Assembly (NCBI GenBank): GCA_965204855.1
Contig: OZ242018.1
Location: forward strand, 304,185-368,184
Length of the DNA: 64,000 bases
Source of the DNA: Dehalococcoidia bacterium
Lineage (GTDB): Bacteria > Chloroflexota > Dehalococcoidia > Lucifugimonadales > JADFKI01
Direction: 5' to 3'
The position numbers were made by a program, and so were the translations under genes. The notes beneath the pieces are model-generated. The model saw only the letters and a list, made by a program, of their open reading frames with translations. It ran no database searches and was not told where the DNA came from. This document shows, piece by piece, positions 63,658 through 64,000 of the stretch (positions are counted from its first letter, which is position 1; each line of letters opens with the position of its first letter).

Positions 63658-64000
63658 AGGGGGAAGGAAAGTCGTCCGCTATCCACCCGCCATAATTCTC
63701 TTCACGGAAGCGAAAGCGCGGTTTGGCGTCTTTACCTGTAACATGAGAAGGACGATCTCGGAGTTGAGTGGCATTATTTCTCGTGCGCGATCAAGCAATT
63801 GCCGTATGCGGGGTAAGTCTTGTGGTGCCGGCTTTCAAGAACTCCTGAGATTCGGGATACTTCACGCCACTTTAGTAGACACTCATTCAAGGTATGAGAG
63901 TTTACCGTGCCGAAGTTGAAAATGCCTTGCAGGATCCAAGAAAGTGGGAGATTCGAGAATGAGAGGATTTAGAAAGTCCTTTGGCACAACTCTTATGATC

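Overview
High-GC bacterial DNA with a few visibly lower-GC islets (about 1-1200, 9200-13000 and after 63660). Lineage cannot be determined from the sequence alone. All family calls rest on motifs read in the supplied translations; no database search was run. The ORF track uses ATG, GTG and TTG as starts and always takes the longest ORF, so several starts were re-derived from Shine-Dalgarno context.

Layout:
1. 1-3.5 kb: a DUF4238-like gene cut by the window edge, then a plasmid-style parA / RHH / tandem DnaC-like operon.
2. 3.5-9.2 kb, minus strand: a full-length rpoB with no rpoC. It is translationally coupled to a lipoprotein and an exported pentapeptide-repeat protein.
3. 9.2-13 kb, lower-GC islet: two 4-TM proteins plus a short cGAS/OAS-like nucleotidyltransferase and a PD-(D/E)xK nuclease. 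This is a candidate minimal CBASS-like defence cassette.
4. 13.0-45.1 kb: 35 co-directional minus-strand genes punctuated by at least 10 intrinsic terminators.
   - Host-type replisome genes: HU, dnaN, ligA, two tandem-OB SSBs and a DnaG-like primase.
   - Mobile-element recombination and anti-restriction genes: Rad52-like annealase, Cas4-like exonuclease, ArdC, ParB-like protein, a 1381-aa methyltransferase-SNF2 helicase, RadC, a DarG-like macrodomain, a dNMP-kinase-like protein and a GHKL ATPase.
   - A degenerate tRNA-like element also lies in this block.
   - No relaxase, T4SS or virion genes are visible.
5. 45.1-45.8 kb: an ORF-free, purine-skewed region with short repeats.
6. 45.8-62.6 kb: a one-polypeptide GAF-PAS-HK-REC-wHTH regulator next to two giant secreted proteins (1541 and 3004 aa).
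   - They are built from plant-type LRRs, cadherin-like, FN3, Calx-beta-like and GLUG modules.
   - Both genes share a homologous 5' region with in-phase AGTTACA direct repeats.
   - The larger gene has a G13 homopolymer at its 5' end.
   - A frameshifted copy of its C-terminal module lies behind the smaller gene.
7. 62.8-63.7 kb: a tyrosine recombinase.

Many long antisense shadow ORFs in the track were rejected.
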